From Candidatus Marinacidobacterales bacterium (GTDB taxonomy: Bacteria; Acidobacteriota; Vicinamibacteria; Marinacidobacterales; SMYC01), in the NCBI GenBank assembly GCA_965224085.1, contig CBDCYI010000005.1:1472001-1536000 (forward strand): a stretch of DNA of 64,000 nucleotides, in the 5' to 3' direction. A program made the position numbers and the translations under genes. Below are positions 17,303 through 27,265 of this stretch, in pieces. Position 1 is the first letter of the stretch. Each line of letters begins with the position of its first letter. Under the pieces are notes generated by a model, which saw only the letters and a list, made by a program, of their open reading frames with translations, was not told the origin of the DNA and did no database searches.

Positions 17303-17417
17303 CGGCATCCGGCATCCAGCGTTCAGCATTCAGGAACTCTCAAGACTGTGGCGACACGGCTTCGAAGCCGCAGTCTCGAGAATATCCTGAACGCCGGGTG
17401 CTGGATGCTGAACGCCG
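17303..17417. repeat. long imperfect inverted repeat built from heptamer units
   Basis: Arms 17303-17334 and 17386-17417 plus inner stem CTCAAGACTGTGGC/GCCGCAGTCTCGAG. Confidence 0.75.
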
Positions 17418-18872
17418 CGTATCTTCTGCGAGCGACAACGCGCCGATATATAAGAAGCCCACCTGGAAGAGCGCTAGGAAGGGGAGCGAACCGTAAATAT
17501 GTTGAGCGGCCGCGTAGGCGACACTCAGCGTGAAGTAGAAACCCAGGCCGAGCTCGAGATACGGCAGCAGGCTCTGGGGGCTTCGGTAGCGCTTTTTGCT
17601 CCATTGGTCGGTCGACGACTCGATCCTGTATTTCGGTGTGCGCACAAAAGCGGTCTCGCGGCCAAAAAGAGCCTCCATGACGGCCTTGGCATTGTTCAAG
17701 CACATGCCGATGCCGAGCGCCAAAAGCATCGGGAGAACTTTGAGACGCCGTCCCCAGTTCTCATAAATCTCGCGTTGCGAGACGACGTAGAAGCTCGTGA
17801 CCGACATCGTCGCCGCGAGGAACAGCGGCAGATCGAACAGAAGCATCTCGTGCCAGCCCATGTTGAAGCGTACGAGCAAGCTCGGGAACATCAGAAGCGA
17901 GAGGAGCACCATCAACGGATAAGCCAGATTCGCTGTGAGGTGAAATACGGCCTCGATCTTCACACGCAGCGGGAGCGGGCTCGCGAGGATCTTCGGAAGG
18001 AGCTTTTGCGCCGTCTGAATGGATCCTTTCGACCAACGATGCTGCTGGCTCTTGAACGCGTTCATCGAGACCGGGATTTCTGCGGGCGCGACCACTTCGG
18101 GCGAGAACACGAAACGCCAACCTCGTAGCTGAGCGCGATAGGAAAGGTCCATATCTTCGGTCAGCGTGTCGTGCTGCCAACCGCCCGCCTCTTCGATGGC
18201 CTGCCGCCGCCACAGCCCCGCCGTACCGTTGAAGTTGAAAAAACAACGGGAGCGATTCCGCCCCCCGTGCTCGAGAACGAAATGCGCGTCGAGCAAGATC
18301 GTCTGCACCCGTGTGAGAAGCGAGTAGTCGCGGTTGAGGTGTCCCCAACGCGCTTGAACCATACCAACGCCCGGATCGGCGAAATGATGGATGGTTTGAT
18401 TCAAGAAATCTGGTAGGGGAACGAAATCTGCGTCGAAGATGGCGATGAGCTCACCGTTCGCGACCTTCAAGCCGGCGGCGAGGGCACCCGCCTTGTAGCC
18501 GGTTCGATCCTCACGATGAAGGTAGTGAACGTCGACGCCGAGCCCGCGGTGAAAGGCCACGCGCGCCTTGGCGACATCCGCCGCCTCGTCGGTCGAGTCG
18601 TCGAGAACTTGGATCTCGAGCCGCTCCTTCGGGTAGTCGAATTGGCACACCGCGTCGAGGAGCCTCTCGACCACGTACAATTCGTTATATACCGGTAGCT
18701 GGACGGTGACCTTCGGAAGGTCTTTGAACCGCCCTTGGGCGTGAGGTCGACGATAGCGATAGCGATAGTAAAGATAGACCATCCAATAACGATGTACCCC
18801 GAAGATCGCGAGCGTGAAGAGGACCGCGAAGTAGGTCGTCAGAAGAAATGTATCCACGGAGACCATTGTCAT
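17340..18872 (-). CDS. GT2 glycosyltransferase (cellulose synthase-like)
   Basis: QLPVYNE, VLDDSTD, YKAGAL, FDADF, TEDMDLSYR, QQHRW (QxxRW). Confidence 0.92.
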   Translation of the reverse strand: MTMVSVDTFLLTTYFAVLFTLAIFGVHRYWMVYLYYRYRYRRPHAQGRFKDLPKVTVQLPVYNELYVVERLLDAVCQFDYPKERLEIQVLDDSTDEAADVAKARVAFHRGLGVDVHYLHREDRTGYKAGALAAGLKVANGELIAIFDADFVPLPDFLNQTIHHFADPGVGMVQARWGHLNRDYSLLTRVQTILLDAHFVLEHGGRNRSRCFFNFNGTAGLWRRQAIEEAGGWQHDTLTEDMDLSYRAQLRGWRFVFSPEVVAPAEIPVSMNAFKSQQHRWSKGSIQTAQKLLPKILASPLPLRVKIEAVFHLTANLAYPLMVLLSLLMFPSLLVRFNMGWHEMLLFDLPLFLAATMSVTSFYVVSQREIYENWGRRLKVLPMLLALGIGMCLNNAKAVMEALFGRETAFVRTPKYRIESSTDQWSKKRYRSPQSLLPYLELGLGFYFTLSVAYAAAQHIYGSLPFLALFQVGFLYIGALSLAEDTRRSASSTRRSGYSRDCGFEAVSPQS

Positions 18873-18942
18873 ATCCTAGACTGCGGTTTTACAAGGCCCA
18901 AATGAACTACGCCACAGGCATTCTCTCAGAGGCCGCGCGATT

Positions 18943-20250
18943 TTGAGAAAAGAGGCCGCGGTTCTCGCGACGCTTGGCCTCGTCGAGCTCGTCCTCACCA
19001 TCTTAGCCTCGCGGGTCGTCGACCGAGGGACCAACTATCCCGTCTATTTGAGCCTCTACTTCGCCATGGGCCTTCCGTGGCTCCTCGCAAGCTACTACGC
19101 CGTGCGACAGGCGTCGGATAGTACCGCAAATCGCCGCCTCGTCGTCATTTTCGCGATCGCGATGCGCCTGCCCTTCCTTGCCACGGAGCCCATCCTCTCC
19201 GACGACATCTTCCGCTACGTCTGGGATGGCCGTGTGCAGCACGCTGGCATCAATCCTTATATTTACGCCCCTGAAGCCGAAGAGCTCGTGTTTCTGAGAA
19301 ACGACCTCTATCTCGGTATCAATAACAAAGATATTCCGACGATTTATCCGCCCGCCATGGAATGGGCCTTCTATGTAGCTATCGCCATCTCGGAGAGCCT
19401 CTTCTTCATGAAAGCGTTCTTCGTGCTCTGCGATTTGGCACTCATCGTCGTGGTGAGCGGGATTTTGCGTGCGCTCGGCCTCAATCCAGTCCGCGCCGTT
19501 ATCTATGGGTGGAGCCCGCTCGTGATCGTCGAGGTTGCCGGCAGTGGGCACAACGATGCCCTCGCCGTATTGGGGCTCTTCGCGGCGCTTCTGGCTCTCC
19601 TACGCCATCGCGACGGGCTCGGGATAGCGATGCTCACTCTTTCCGGCCTTGCAAAGGTCGTCGGCTACGCGCTCGCGCCTCTTTTTCTAAGAGCCGTACG
19701 CCCGCGCGCGTTCGTCGCGATGGCGCTCGTCACCTTCGCTCTCACCCTCCCTTACGCAAGCGCGGGCGGCCTGGCCTTTCGCGGCCTCACCCAATACGGG
19801 CTCCGCTGGCGTTCTAACGACAGCGTGTTCCATATCCTCTTCGCCCTCACGGGTTCGCTCGACACGGCGAAGATTATCGTGGCCGCGACGCTCGTGACCT
19901 TGGTCCTCGTGCTGGTGTTCTTCAACGCGAGACCGCTTCGAAGCGCCTACCTGACCGTGGGCGCGATCCTTCTTCTCACGACGACGGTGCACCCTTGGTA
20001 CTTATTGTGGCTAGCACCCTTTCTCGCCATCTACGCGAGCCCCGCGTGGCTCTATCTCTGTTTGAGTGTTGGCTTGAGCTATCACTCGGCCTATCTCGCC
20101 ACGCCGGGCGAGCCGTGGGAGGACGTTGTCTGGGTGAAAGTCCTCGAATATATGCCGTTCTTCGTCCTCGCGATCTCGAGCGCGGTCCGCGAGCTCCGCG
20201 CCGGCACCCGCGCGCGCCGCGCATTCCTTGGGCTACACTCTCCCCCATGA
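18943..20250 (+). CDS. membrane GT-C glycosyltransferase (GT87/DUF2029-like)
   Basis: LSDDIFRYVWDG, GINPY, TIYPP, GHND, HPWY; polytopic. Confidence 0.8.
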   Translation: MRKEAAVLATLGLVELVLTILASRVVDRGTNYPVYLSLYFAMGLPWLLASYYAVRQASDSTANRRLVVIFAIAMRLPFLATEPILSDDIFRYVWDGRVQHAGINPYIYAPEAEELVFLRNDLYLGINNKDIPTIYPPAMEWAFYVAIAISESLFFMKAFFVLCDLALIVVVSGILRALGLNPVRAVIYGWSPLVIVEVAGSGHNDALAVLGLFAALLALLRHRDGLGIAMLTLSGLAKVVGYALAPLFLRAVRPRAFVAMALVTFALTLPYASAGGLAFRGLTQYGLRWRSNDSVFHILFALTGSLDTAKIIVAATLVTLVLVLVFFNARPLRSAYLTVGAILLLTTTVHPWYLLWLAPFLAIYASPAWLYLCLSVGLSYHSAYLATPGEPWEDVVWVKVLEYMPFFVLAISSAVRELRAGTRARRAFLGLHSPP

Positions 20251-21011
20251 CTCCCGAGCGCGTGCGCGAGATCCTCAGGGCCGTCGCGCGGGGTGAGCGC
20301 ACCGTGGAAGAGGCCGTCTCCGATCTCAAGCTCCTCGCCTTCGAGGAGCTCGGCTTCGCCAAAGTCGACCACCACCGAGCACTGCGGCGCGGCTTCCCCG
20401 AGGTCGTCTTCGGACCTGGGAAGAGCTCCGAGCAGATCGCGGAGATCGCGAAGACGCTCAGAAGCGCAGGCCAAACGGTGCTCGTTACCAAGACGAGCGA
20501 AGCCGCGTTCGAAGCCGTCTCCGCAGTGGCCGAAGGCGCCAAGTGGCACGCGAGCGCAAAGGCCATCGTTATCGGTGCGCCTCCGAAAGCGAGACTCGGA
20601 AGAGCTTCGGTGCTCTGCGCGGGCACGTCGGATATTAACGTCGCGGATGAGGCGGCTCTCACCGCCGAGCTCATGGGTTGCGAGGTCGAGCGTATCTTCG
20701 ATGTCGGCGTCGCGGGCCTTCATCGCTTGCTCGCACATCGCGAGGCTTTGACGAAATCCAACGTCCTCATCGTCGTCGCGGGCATGGACGGCGCGCTCCC
20801 GAGCGTCGTGTCCGGCTTGACCGACGCACCCGTCATCGCTGTCCCGACGAGCGTCGGCTATGGGGCCGCTTTTGCGGGACTCGCACCGCTCCTGACGATG
20901 CTGAACGGGTGCTCGCCCGGGGTCACCGTCGTGAACATCGATAACGGCTTTGGCGCCGGTTACATGGCGGGGACGATCTGCGGCGCGATCCGAGCGATAC
21001 GGACAGACTGA
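20247..21011 (+). CDS. larB: nickel-pincer cofactor biosynthesis protein LarB (PurE-like)
   Basis: DHHRALRRGFPEV, AGTSD, DVGVAGLHRL, AGMDGAL, PTSVGYG, VVNIDNGFGA. Confidence 0.92.
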   Translation: MTPERVREILRAVARGERTVEEAVSDLKLLAFEELGFAKVDHHRALRRGFPEVVFGPGKSSEQIAEIAKTLRSAGQTVLVTKTSEAAFEAVSAVAEGAKWHASAKAIVIGAPPKARLGRASVLCAGTSDINVADEAALTAELMGCEVERIFDVGVAGLHRLLAHREALTKSNVLIVVAGMDGALPSVVSGLTDAPVIAVPTSVGYGAAFAGLAPLLTMLNGCSPGVTVVNIDNGFGAGYMAGTICGAIRAIRTD

Positions 21012-21150
21012 CAATTGGTTGGCAGCAGCGAGCGTCGCATGATAGTGTAACTGGATCGGGCCGAATCGGAAACGCGTAAGTGGTGTGTCTCTGTAAGTTC
21101 ATTTTTATGAGCTCCGCTCTCTTGCGCGATCTCATGACGGCTCTCGGGCC

Positions 21151-23535
21151 ATGAACATCCGAGCATACGAAGTTTTGGAGTTCGCCCGCATTCGCGAGCG
21201 GCTCGCAAGTCTGGCCGAAACAGATCCGGGCAAGGCTCGTGCTCTCGCGCTCAAGGTCTCCTGCGACAAAGAGCGCGTTTCGCGCAGGCTCGGCGAGACC
21301 TCCGAAGCGCGTCGCCTCGACGATGAAGGCGAAGCTGTAGCGCTTCGCGATCTACCCGATGTGGCTCCTTTTCTCGAGGCCCTCGGCATCGAAGGGCGCT
21401 TGCTGACAGCGGCGGATTTTGTTGCGCTCTTTGTCTTTGCGGGAATCGCCAAGAAAGCCCGAGGCCGCCTCAGCGCCAAAGAAGACGACCTCCCGAGGCT
21501 CTGGGCGCTGACGCAAGAGCTTCCCAACTTGCGGGAGCTCGAAACAGAGCTCAGCCGCGTCCTCGACACAGAGAAGGGCGATCTCCGCGACGATGCGAGC
21601 GCGGAGCTCGCGAAGCTTCGCGCCTCGCTCGGCCGGTTGCGACAAAAGCTCCAAAAAACGCTCGACCGCACTCTCGCCTCACGAGATAACGCCAAGCTTC
21701 TCCAGGAACCGATCGTGACCACGCGCAACGGGCGCTCCGTTCTGCCGGTCAAAGCAGAGTGCAAGTCGCAATTTCGGGGGATCGTACACGGCGCGTCAGC
21801 GAGTGGCGCCACGCTTTTTATCGAGCCCATGGCGACTGTCGAGGTCAACAACGAGATTGCGTCCGTCTTGGATCGTGAGCGGCAGGAAGTGCGCCGGATC
21901 CTCGCGGCGCTCACGGAGCGCGTCCGGCCGAGCCGCCCAGAGCTCACGGAGGCATTCGAAATCATGACCGAGCTCGACCTGGCCCAAGCCAAAGGCCGAC
22001 TCTCCGCCTCTCATCGCGTGGCAGAGCCTCGGATCGGGGAAGGCCTCGCTCTCGTCGATGCCCGTCACCCTCTTTTGGACGAGGCTGTCCCGGTAAGCTT
22101 CCACGTGTCCGGCAAGCGCCGCGGCCTCGTCTTTACGGGCCCCAACACTGGCGGCAAGACGGTCGCGCTCAAGGCTGCTGGCCTTCTCAGCCTGATGGTG
22201 CAGGCAGGCCTCCACGTTCCCGCGAGCTCCCAAAGCTCATTTCCCGTCTTTCGAACTTTGTTCGCGGATATCGGCGACGATCAATCCATCGCATCCAATC
22301 TGTCCACGTTCTCGTCTCACTTGGCGAAAGTCGTCGCGATGGAGCACGAGCTCGATCTTCCTTCTCTCATTATCCTCGACGAAGTGGGGACTGGCACGGA
22401 TCCATCCGAGGGAGGCGCTCTCGGGACTGCGCTCGTGGAGCACTTCCTCGCGCGGGGCGCACTCGTGATAGCGTCCACCCATCACGGCCTCTTGAAAGCC
22501 TATGCGAGTACCACCCAAGGTATCGACGCGGCGTCGTTTCAGTTCGACCCAAAGACCTATGCGCCGACCTACACGATCGTGGAGGGTGCCGCAGGCAGAA
22601 GCCTTGCTTTTGAGATGGCGGAGCGCCTCGGCCTTCCGGCTAGTATCGTTACGCGCGCGCGCGAGCGTCAAGTGGGAGAGCTCGTCCAGAGACTCGAAGC
22701 CGAGAGCGCTGAGCTCGAGGCGCAGCAGGAGCGGCTCGCGAGCGATCGCCGCGCCGCCACCGCCGCCCGCACACGCATCGAAGCGGAAGAGGAAGAAGAG
22801 CGCGTCGGGCGCCGCGAACGCTTGAAGAGCTTTCGCCGCGAGCTCGAGGAAGAGCTCGACAGTACAAGACGAGAGCTTCGTGAGCTCGTCGCCGAAGCGC
22901 GCCAAGCCAGCAAGGAGCAGAACACGCGCCTGAACGAGCTCGAAAAAACGATCTCCGCAAAGCTCGAATCAGTGGCGTCGCCGCTCATCTCGAAAGTCGA
23001 AGCCGAGACACTGGCTCACGAGATGCCTGGGGTGCCTAGGGTATCTGGGGTGCCTGGGGTGCCTAGGGTGCCTAGGCTGAACGATGCGGGGCTCGAACCC
23101 GGCATGCGAGTTCTGGTAGCCTCCTTCGGCATGGAGGGCGAAATCCTGCGCCTCGTCGGGGATGGACAAGCCGAAGTGAACGTGCGCGACAAGAAGCTCC
23201 GGCTCCCGGTCGAACAGCTCGAGCCGCTTCCCAACCGCCCGCCGCCCTCGCCGCGCAGGACGAGCCCGGAATATGGCCTCGAGCTCAAAAAGGTGCAAAA
23301 TGTATTGAGCGAGCTGAACTTGATCGGCTGCACGGTGGAAGACGCGCTCGATCGCACCGACAAGTTCCTCGACGCCGCGTTCTTGAGCGAGTACCGCGAG
23401 GTGCGGCTGATCCACGGCCACGGCACAGGACGGCTGAAGTCTGCGCTTCGGGAATGGCTCACGGGACACCCACAGGTCGCGAATCAGAAGAGCGAGAATC
23501 GTGGTGGGGTTACCGTAGTGGAGCTCAAAGACTGA
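21151..23535 (+). CDS. mutS2: endonuclease MutS2
   Basis: TGPNTGGKT, ADIGDDQSI..LSTFS, LDEVGTGTDP.EG, C-terminal Smr domain (IHGHGTGRL). Confidence 0.95.
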   Translation: MNIRAYEVLEFARIRERLASLAETDPGKARALALKVSCDKERVSRRLGETSEARRLDDEGEAVALRDLPDVAPFLEALGIEGRLLTAADFVALFVFAGIAKKARGRLSAKEDDLPRLWALTQELPNLRELETELSRVLDTEKGDLRDDASAELAKLRASLGRLRQKLQKTLDRTLASRDNAKLLQEPIVTTRNGRSVLPVKAECKSQFRGIVHGASASGATLFIEPMATVEVNNEIASVLDRERQEVRRILAALTERVRPSRPELTEAFEIMTELDLAQAKGRLSASHRVAEPRIGEGLALVDARHPLLDEAVPVSFHVSGKRRGLVFTGPNTGGKTVALKAAGLLSLMVQAGLHVPASSQSSFPVFRTLFADIGDDQSIASNLSTFSSHLAKVVAMEHELDLPSLIILDEVGTGTDPSEGGALGTALVEHFLARGALVIASTHHGLLKAYASTTQGIDAASFQFDPKTYAPTYTIVEGAAGRSLAFEMAERLGLPASIVTRARERQVGELVQRLEAESAELEAQQERLASDRRAATAARTRIEAEEEEERVGRRERLKSFRRELEEELDSTRRELRELVAEARQASKEQNTRLNELEKTISAKLESVASPLISKVEAETLAHEMPGVPRVSGVPGVPRVPRLNDAGLEPGMRVLVASFGMEGEILRLVGDGQAEVNVRDKKLRLPVEQLEPLPNRPPPSPRRTSPEYGLELKKVQNVLSELNLIGCTVEDALDRTDKFLDAAFLSEYREVRLIHGHGTGRLKSALREWLTGHPQVANQKSENRGGVTVVELKD
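23023..23076 (+). repeat. in-frame nonamer repeat (GTGCCTRGG)x6 in mutS2
   Basis: Encodes MPG-VPR-VSG-VPG-VPR-VPR. Confidence 0.9.
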
Positions 23536-25289
23536 TGGCCGGCATCCCGCAGGACTTCATCGAGCTCGTGCGCTCCTCCACCGACGTCGTCTCCGTGGTC
23601 GCCGCTTACGTGCCGCTCAAGCCCTCGGGAAAAAGCTTCAAAGGCCTCTGCCCATTCCACAACGAGAAAACTCCGTCATTTCATGTCAATCCCGAGCGCC
23701 AGATTTTTCACTGTTTCGGATGCAACGAAGGCGGCGACGCGTTCAAGTTCTTGATGCTGTACGACAAGCTTTCTTTCGTCGAAGCCATCGAGCAGCTCGC
23801 GGGACGCGCTGGCCTGCAAGTACCGAAAACGTCCGAAAAAGCGCGGCGGGAGAACCAGGAGAGAAGCAGCCTTCTCGAGATCCACGTTCTGGCCCAGAAA
23901 TATTTTCAGACCGAGCTCCGCGACACACCCGATGGCGCCAAAGTCATGGCCTATCTCAGAAAACGAGGCCTTCTGGACGACACCGTCAAAGATTACGGGC
24001 TTGGCTTTGTGTCCGATCAGTGGAGCGGCCTGCTCGATCATCTGAAGCGCCGCGGCGTACGTCCCGAGCACGTCGAGCGGGCGGGCTTCGCCATCCCCCG
24101 CAAGGGCGGTGGCGGCTTCTACGACCGGTTTCGCGGACGGCTCATGATCCCCATCGCCTCCGAAGTGGGCAAAATCGTGGCCTATGGGGGGCGGATCCTC
24201 CAACCAGGCGAGCCGAAATATCTCAACTCGCCCGAGAGCCCCGTCTACAACAAGAGCAACGTCCTTTACGGTTTCCATCGGGCCAAGGACGCGGTCCGCA
24301 AGGAAGGCTTCGCGATCCTGATGGAAGGCTACATGGATTGTCTGCAGGCCTATCAGGCCGGCGTCCGCCATGCGGTCGCCTGCTGCGGCACGAGCTTGAC
24401 CACCGCCCACGCGCGTCTTTTGAGACGCTACACCGAAAAAGTCGTCGTCAATTTCGATCCGGACGACGCCGGCATGCGGGCCGCGAGGCGCAGTATCGAC
24501 CTCCTCCTGGAGGAGAGCTTCGACGTCCGGGTCCTCGTGCTCCCTGACGGGCAAGACCCCGACGACTTCATTCGGGGCCAAGGGGGCGAGCGGTATCGTG
24601 AGCTGGTCTCGGAGGCGCCGTCTTTTATCACCTTCTTGATCGAGGACGCCTCGAAGCGCTACGATATGGGGGATCCTAGAGGTAAAGCGGCGTTGTTGAA
24701 CGACGTTTTGCCTGTTTTGGGAAAGATTCCGAACCGAGTGGAGCGCATTGGCTATGTAGGCCCCCTCGCGGAGTACGCTGGCATCACGGACGGAACCGTC
24801 CTCGATGAGTTGAAGCGACACGTCGAGACGAGAGCCCACCGGTTCAGGCTTCCTGCTGTGGAAGCGCCAGCCGTGAAGCTGGCCGAGCGGGAGCTCATTC
24901 GATGGATTCTTTCGAGTCCGGAGGACTCCGCCATCCTCGACGAGATCGAGGAGGAGGATCTGGAAGGACTGAGGACGGCTCCTATTTTGCGAGCGATGAA
25001 GGAAGAGAATAGTTTGGGAAGTCTCAGCACCGACAAGCTTTTGGACCGGCTCTCGCCCGATGCGCTCACAACCGAGCTGACGCGCATCTTGAGTGATCCC
25101 TCTCCGCTGGGCCCGAGGCAAAGCGCTCGCGATTGCCTCAACGGGCTTCGCAAAGAGCGCTGGCAAAAACAACTGTCGCGCCTCAGAGCCAAGCAGGCCC
25201 AAGATGCGGACGACAACCATCTACTTGCCGAGATCAATTTGCTGGCTCGGCGTATCGAAACGTTGGGAAGGCTAGAGACGAGAGCATGA
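23535..25289 (+). CDS. dnaG: DNA primase
   Basis: [33 protein letters not shown]. Confidence 0.96.
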   Translation: MAGIPQDFIELVRSSTDVVSVVAAYVPLKPSGKSFKGLCPFHNEKTPSFHVNPERQIFHCFGCNEGGDAFKFLMLYDKLSFVEAIEQLAGRAGLQVPKTSEKARRENQERSSLLEIHVLAQKYFQTELRDTPDGAKVMAYLRKRGLLDDTVKDYGLGFVSDQWSGLLDHLKRRGVRPEHVERAGFAIPRKGGGGFYDRFRGRLMIPIASEVGKIVAYGGRILQPGEPKYLNSPESPVYNKSNVLYGFHRAKDAVRKEGFAILMEGYMDCLQAYQAGVRHAVACCGTSLTTAHARLLRRYTEKVVVNFDPDDAGMRAARRSIDLLLEESFDVRVLVLPDGQDPDDFIRGQGGERYRELVSEAPSFITFLIEDASKRYDMGDPRGKAALLNDVLPVLGKIPNRVERIGYVGPLAEYAGITDGTVLDELKRHVETRAHRFRLPAVEAPAVKLAERELIRWILSSPEDSAILDEIEEEDLEGLRTAPILRAMKEENSLGSLSTDKLLDRLSPDALTTELTRILSDPSPLGPRQSARDCLNGLRKERWQKQLSRLRAKQAQDADDNHLLAEINLLARRIETLGRLETRA

Positions 25290-27013
25290 CGGAGACCCGG
25301 GTCGGTAGTCTGGCTATCGAAGAAAAATACGACGAGGTTCGATCCCTCATCGCCATCGGGAAGGAAAAAGGCTACCTCCTCTATGACGAGGTGAACGAGA
25401 ACCTTCCTTCCGAGGTGAGCTCGTCGGAGGAGCTCGACGAGCTGTTCGACGTCTTTGGCAACGCTGGGATCGATATCGTCGAGTCCGAAGAAAAATATAA
25501 GCAGATGAAGGCGGCCGGCCTCGCCGGGCTCGGAAAGCAGAGCCGTGATGTCGAGCTCGATCTCACGCCTGGAGCGCTCGAAAAAACGAACGACCCCGTC
25601 CGCATGTATCTCCGCGAGATGGGCACCGTGCCCCTTCTCACGCGCGAGGGCGAAGTCGTGATCGCCAAGCGCATCGAGCGCGGAAAAAACATGACGGCGC
25701 GCGCCATCACCCGGACGTTGATTGTCTCGAAGGCCGTAACAGCGCTTCACGACGGTCTCAAAGAGGGCGAGATCAACCTCCGTGAAATCATCATTGTCAT
25801 CGCGGAAGAGCTTACCGAAGCGAAGATCGAAAAACACCGCAAAAAGACTTTGAAGGTCATGATCAGTATCGAGGCGGCCTACAAACGCTACACCACCTAT
25901 TGCAAGCGTTTCGCGAAGCTCAAGAAGCGCTCGCCGAGCTACGTTAAAAGCAAGTGGAAGCTCGGGCGGCTACGTTTAGCACTCGCCAAAGAAGTGCGGA
26001 GGCTCAACTTCACCGAAGGATGTCGCTCGCGTCTACGGGAGCGCGTGCGCTCCGGCGTCGAGAAGGGCCAGAGCTTCGAGCGGCGCCTCAATCGCTATGA
26101 GTCGAAATTGAACGGCGTCAAAGGCCGCGGCAAAGCGAAGGACGAAGAGCGCAGCAAATATCGCTCCGAGATCCGGAAAGTGCGCGCTGAGAAACGGGCG
26201 CTCCAAGAAGAGTACGAAGCGACCCACGCAGAACTCAAAAGATCGCTCTACACCGTTCGTGAAGGCGAAGCCCAAGCGCAGCAAGCGAAGACCGAGCTCG
26301 TCGAAGCCAATCTCCGCCTCGTTGTCTCCATCGCGAAGAAATACACCAATCGCGGCCTGCAGTTTCTCGATCTCATCCAGGAAGGGAATATCGGGCTCAT
26401 GAAAGCCGTGGACAAATTCGAGTATCGCCGCGGCTATAAATTCTCGACCTATGCCACGTGGTGGATCCGGCAGGCAATCACGCGCGCCATCGCGGACCAG
26501 GCCCGCACCATCCGCATCCCGGTCCACATGATCGAGACGATCAACAAGCTTATCCGCACTTCGCGAAGCCTCGTTCAGGAATATGGCCGCGAGCCGACTT
26601 CGGAAGAGATCGCGAAGCGCATGGACATCTCGGTCTCCAAAGTTCGCAAAGTGCTCAAGATCGCCCAGGAGCCCATCTCGCTCGAGACCCCTATCGGCGA
26701 GGAAGAGGACAGCCATCTCGGCGATTTCATCGAGGATCGCGGGGTCGTCTCTCCGGCCGAACAAGTTATCAACACAAACTTGAAAGAGATGACCGAAGCG
26801 GTGTTGAAGACGCTCACACCGCGGGAAGAAAAAGTCATCAAGATGCGTTTCGGTGTCGGCGATGGCAGCGAGCACACGCTCGAAGAGGTGGGCCAGAGCT
26901 TCGCGGTCACCCGCGAGCGCATCAGGCAGATCGAGACCAAAGCGTTGCGCAAACTCCGTCATCCTTCGAGGAGTCGCAAGCTGAAAGCGTTTCTCGAGGG
27001 TTCACGGATATAG
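25286..27013 (+). CDS. rpoD: primary sigma factor RpoD
   Basis: [50 protein letters not shown]; follows dnaG. Confidence 0.97.
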   Translation: MTETRVGSLAIEEKYDEVRSLIAIGKEKGYLLYDEVNENLPSEVSSSEELDELFDVFGNAGIDIVESEEKYKQMKAAGLAGLGKQSRDVELDLTPGALEKTNDPVRMYLREMGTVPLLTREGEVVIAKRIERGKNMTARAITRTLIVSKAVTALHDGLKEGEINLREIIIVIAEELTEAKIEKHRKKTLKVMISIEAAYKRYTTYCKRFAKLKKRSPSYVKSKWKLGRLRLALAKEVRRLNFTEGCRSRLRERVRSGVEKGQSFERRLNRYESKLNGVKGRGKAKDEERSKYRSEIRKVRAEKRALQEEYEATHAELKRSLYTVREGEAQAQQAKTELVEANLRLVVSIAKKYTNRGLQFLDLIQEGNIGLMKAVDKFEYRRGYKFSTYATWWIRQAITRAIADQARTIRIPVHMIETINKLIRTSRSLVQEYGREPTSEEIAKRMDISVSKVRKVLKIAQEPISLETPIGEEEDSHLGDFIEDRGVVSPAEQVINTNLKEMTEAVLKTLTPREEKVIKMRFGVGDGSEHTLEEVGQSFAVTRERIRQIETKALRKLRHPSRSRKLKAFLEGSRI

Positions 27014-27030
27014 CGAACACAAACGAAAAG

Positions 27031-27106
27031 GGGCCCATAGCTCAGTGGTTAGAGCCACCGGCTCATAACCGGTTGGTCCTAGGTTCAAGTCCTAGTGGGC
27101 CCACCA
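27031..27106 (+). tRNA. tRNA with CAT anticodon (probably tRNA-Ile2; elongator Met not excluded)
   Basis: Acceptor GGGCCCA/TGGGCCC, anticodon arm ACCGG-CTCATAA-CCGGT, GGTTCAAGTCC T-arm, encoded CCA. Confidence 0.93.
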
Positions 27107-27154
27107 AAAATGCCACGAATGGACGTGCCTTCACGACAAGTAATGCGAGTGCTT

Positions 27155-27202
27155 AAGACGCCCCCCCGGTCCCGCGCGGCCGGGGCAGGTAACGGCCGTC
27201 TT
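27155..27202 (+). ncRNA. Acido-Lenti-1-like structured RNA
   Basis: Outer stem AAGACG/CGTCTT, inner CCCCGG..CCGGGG hairpin, GGTAACGG internal loop; downstream of a tRNA; family call from memory of the motif. Confidence 0.6.
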
Positions 27203-27206
27203 CGCG

Positions 27207-27236
27207 AAAGGTGCCCATCGCGGCACCTTTTTTTTT
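27207..27236 (+). terminator. Rho-independent terminator
   Basis: AAAGGTGCC-CATCGC-GGCACCTTT followed by a T run. Confidence 0.85.
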
Positions 27237-27265
27237 GCCTATCCGTCGGTGAAAGAGGCCATTAA

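Noticed and set aside
21096-21113. Imperfect palindrome AGTTCAT-TTTT-ATGAGCT upstream of mutS2
   Set aside because: Short, single occurrence, no second site to support an operator
7451-26962. Long antisense ORFs (e.g. 7451-8323, 9142-10308, 23676-25220, 26033-26962)
   Set aside because: Shadow frames of well-supported genes, expected in high-GC DNA
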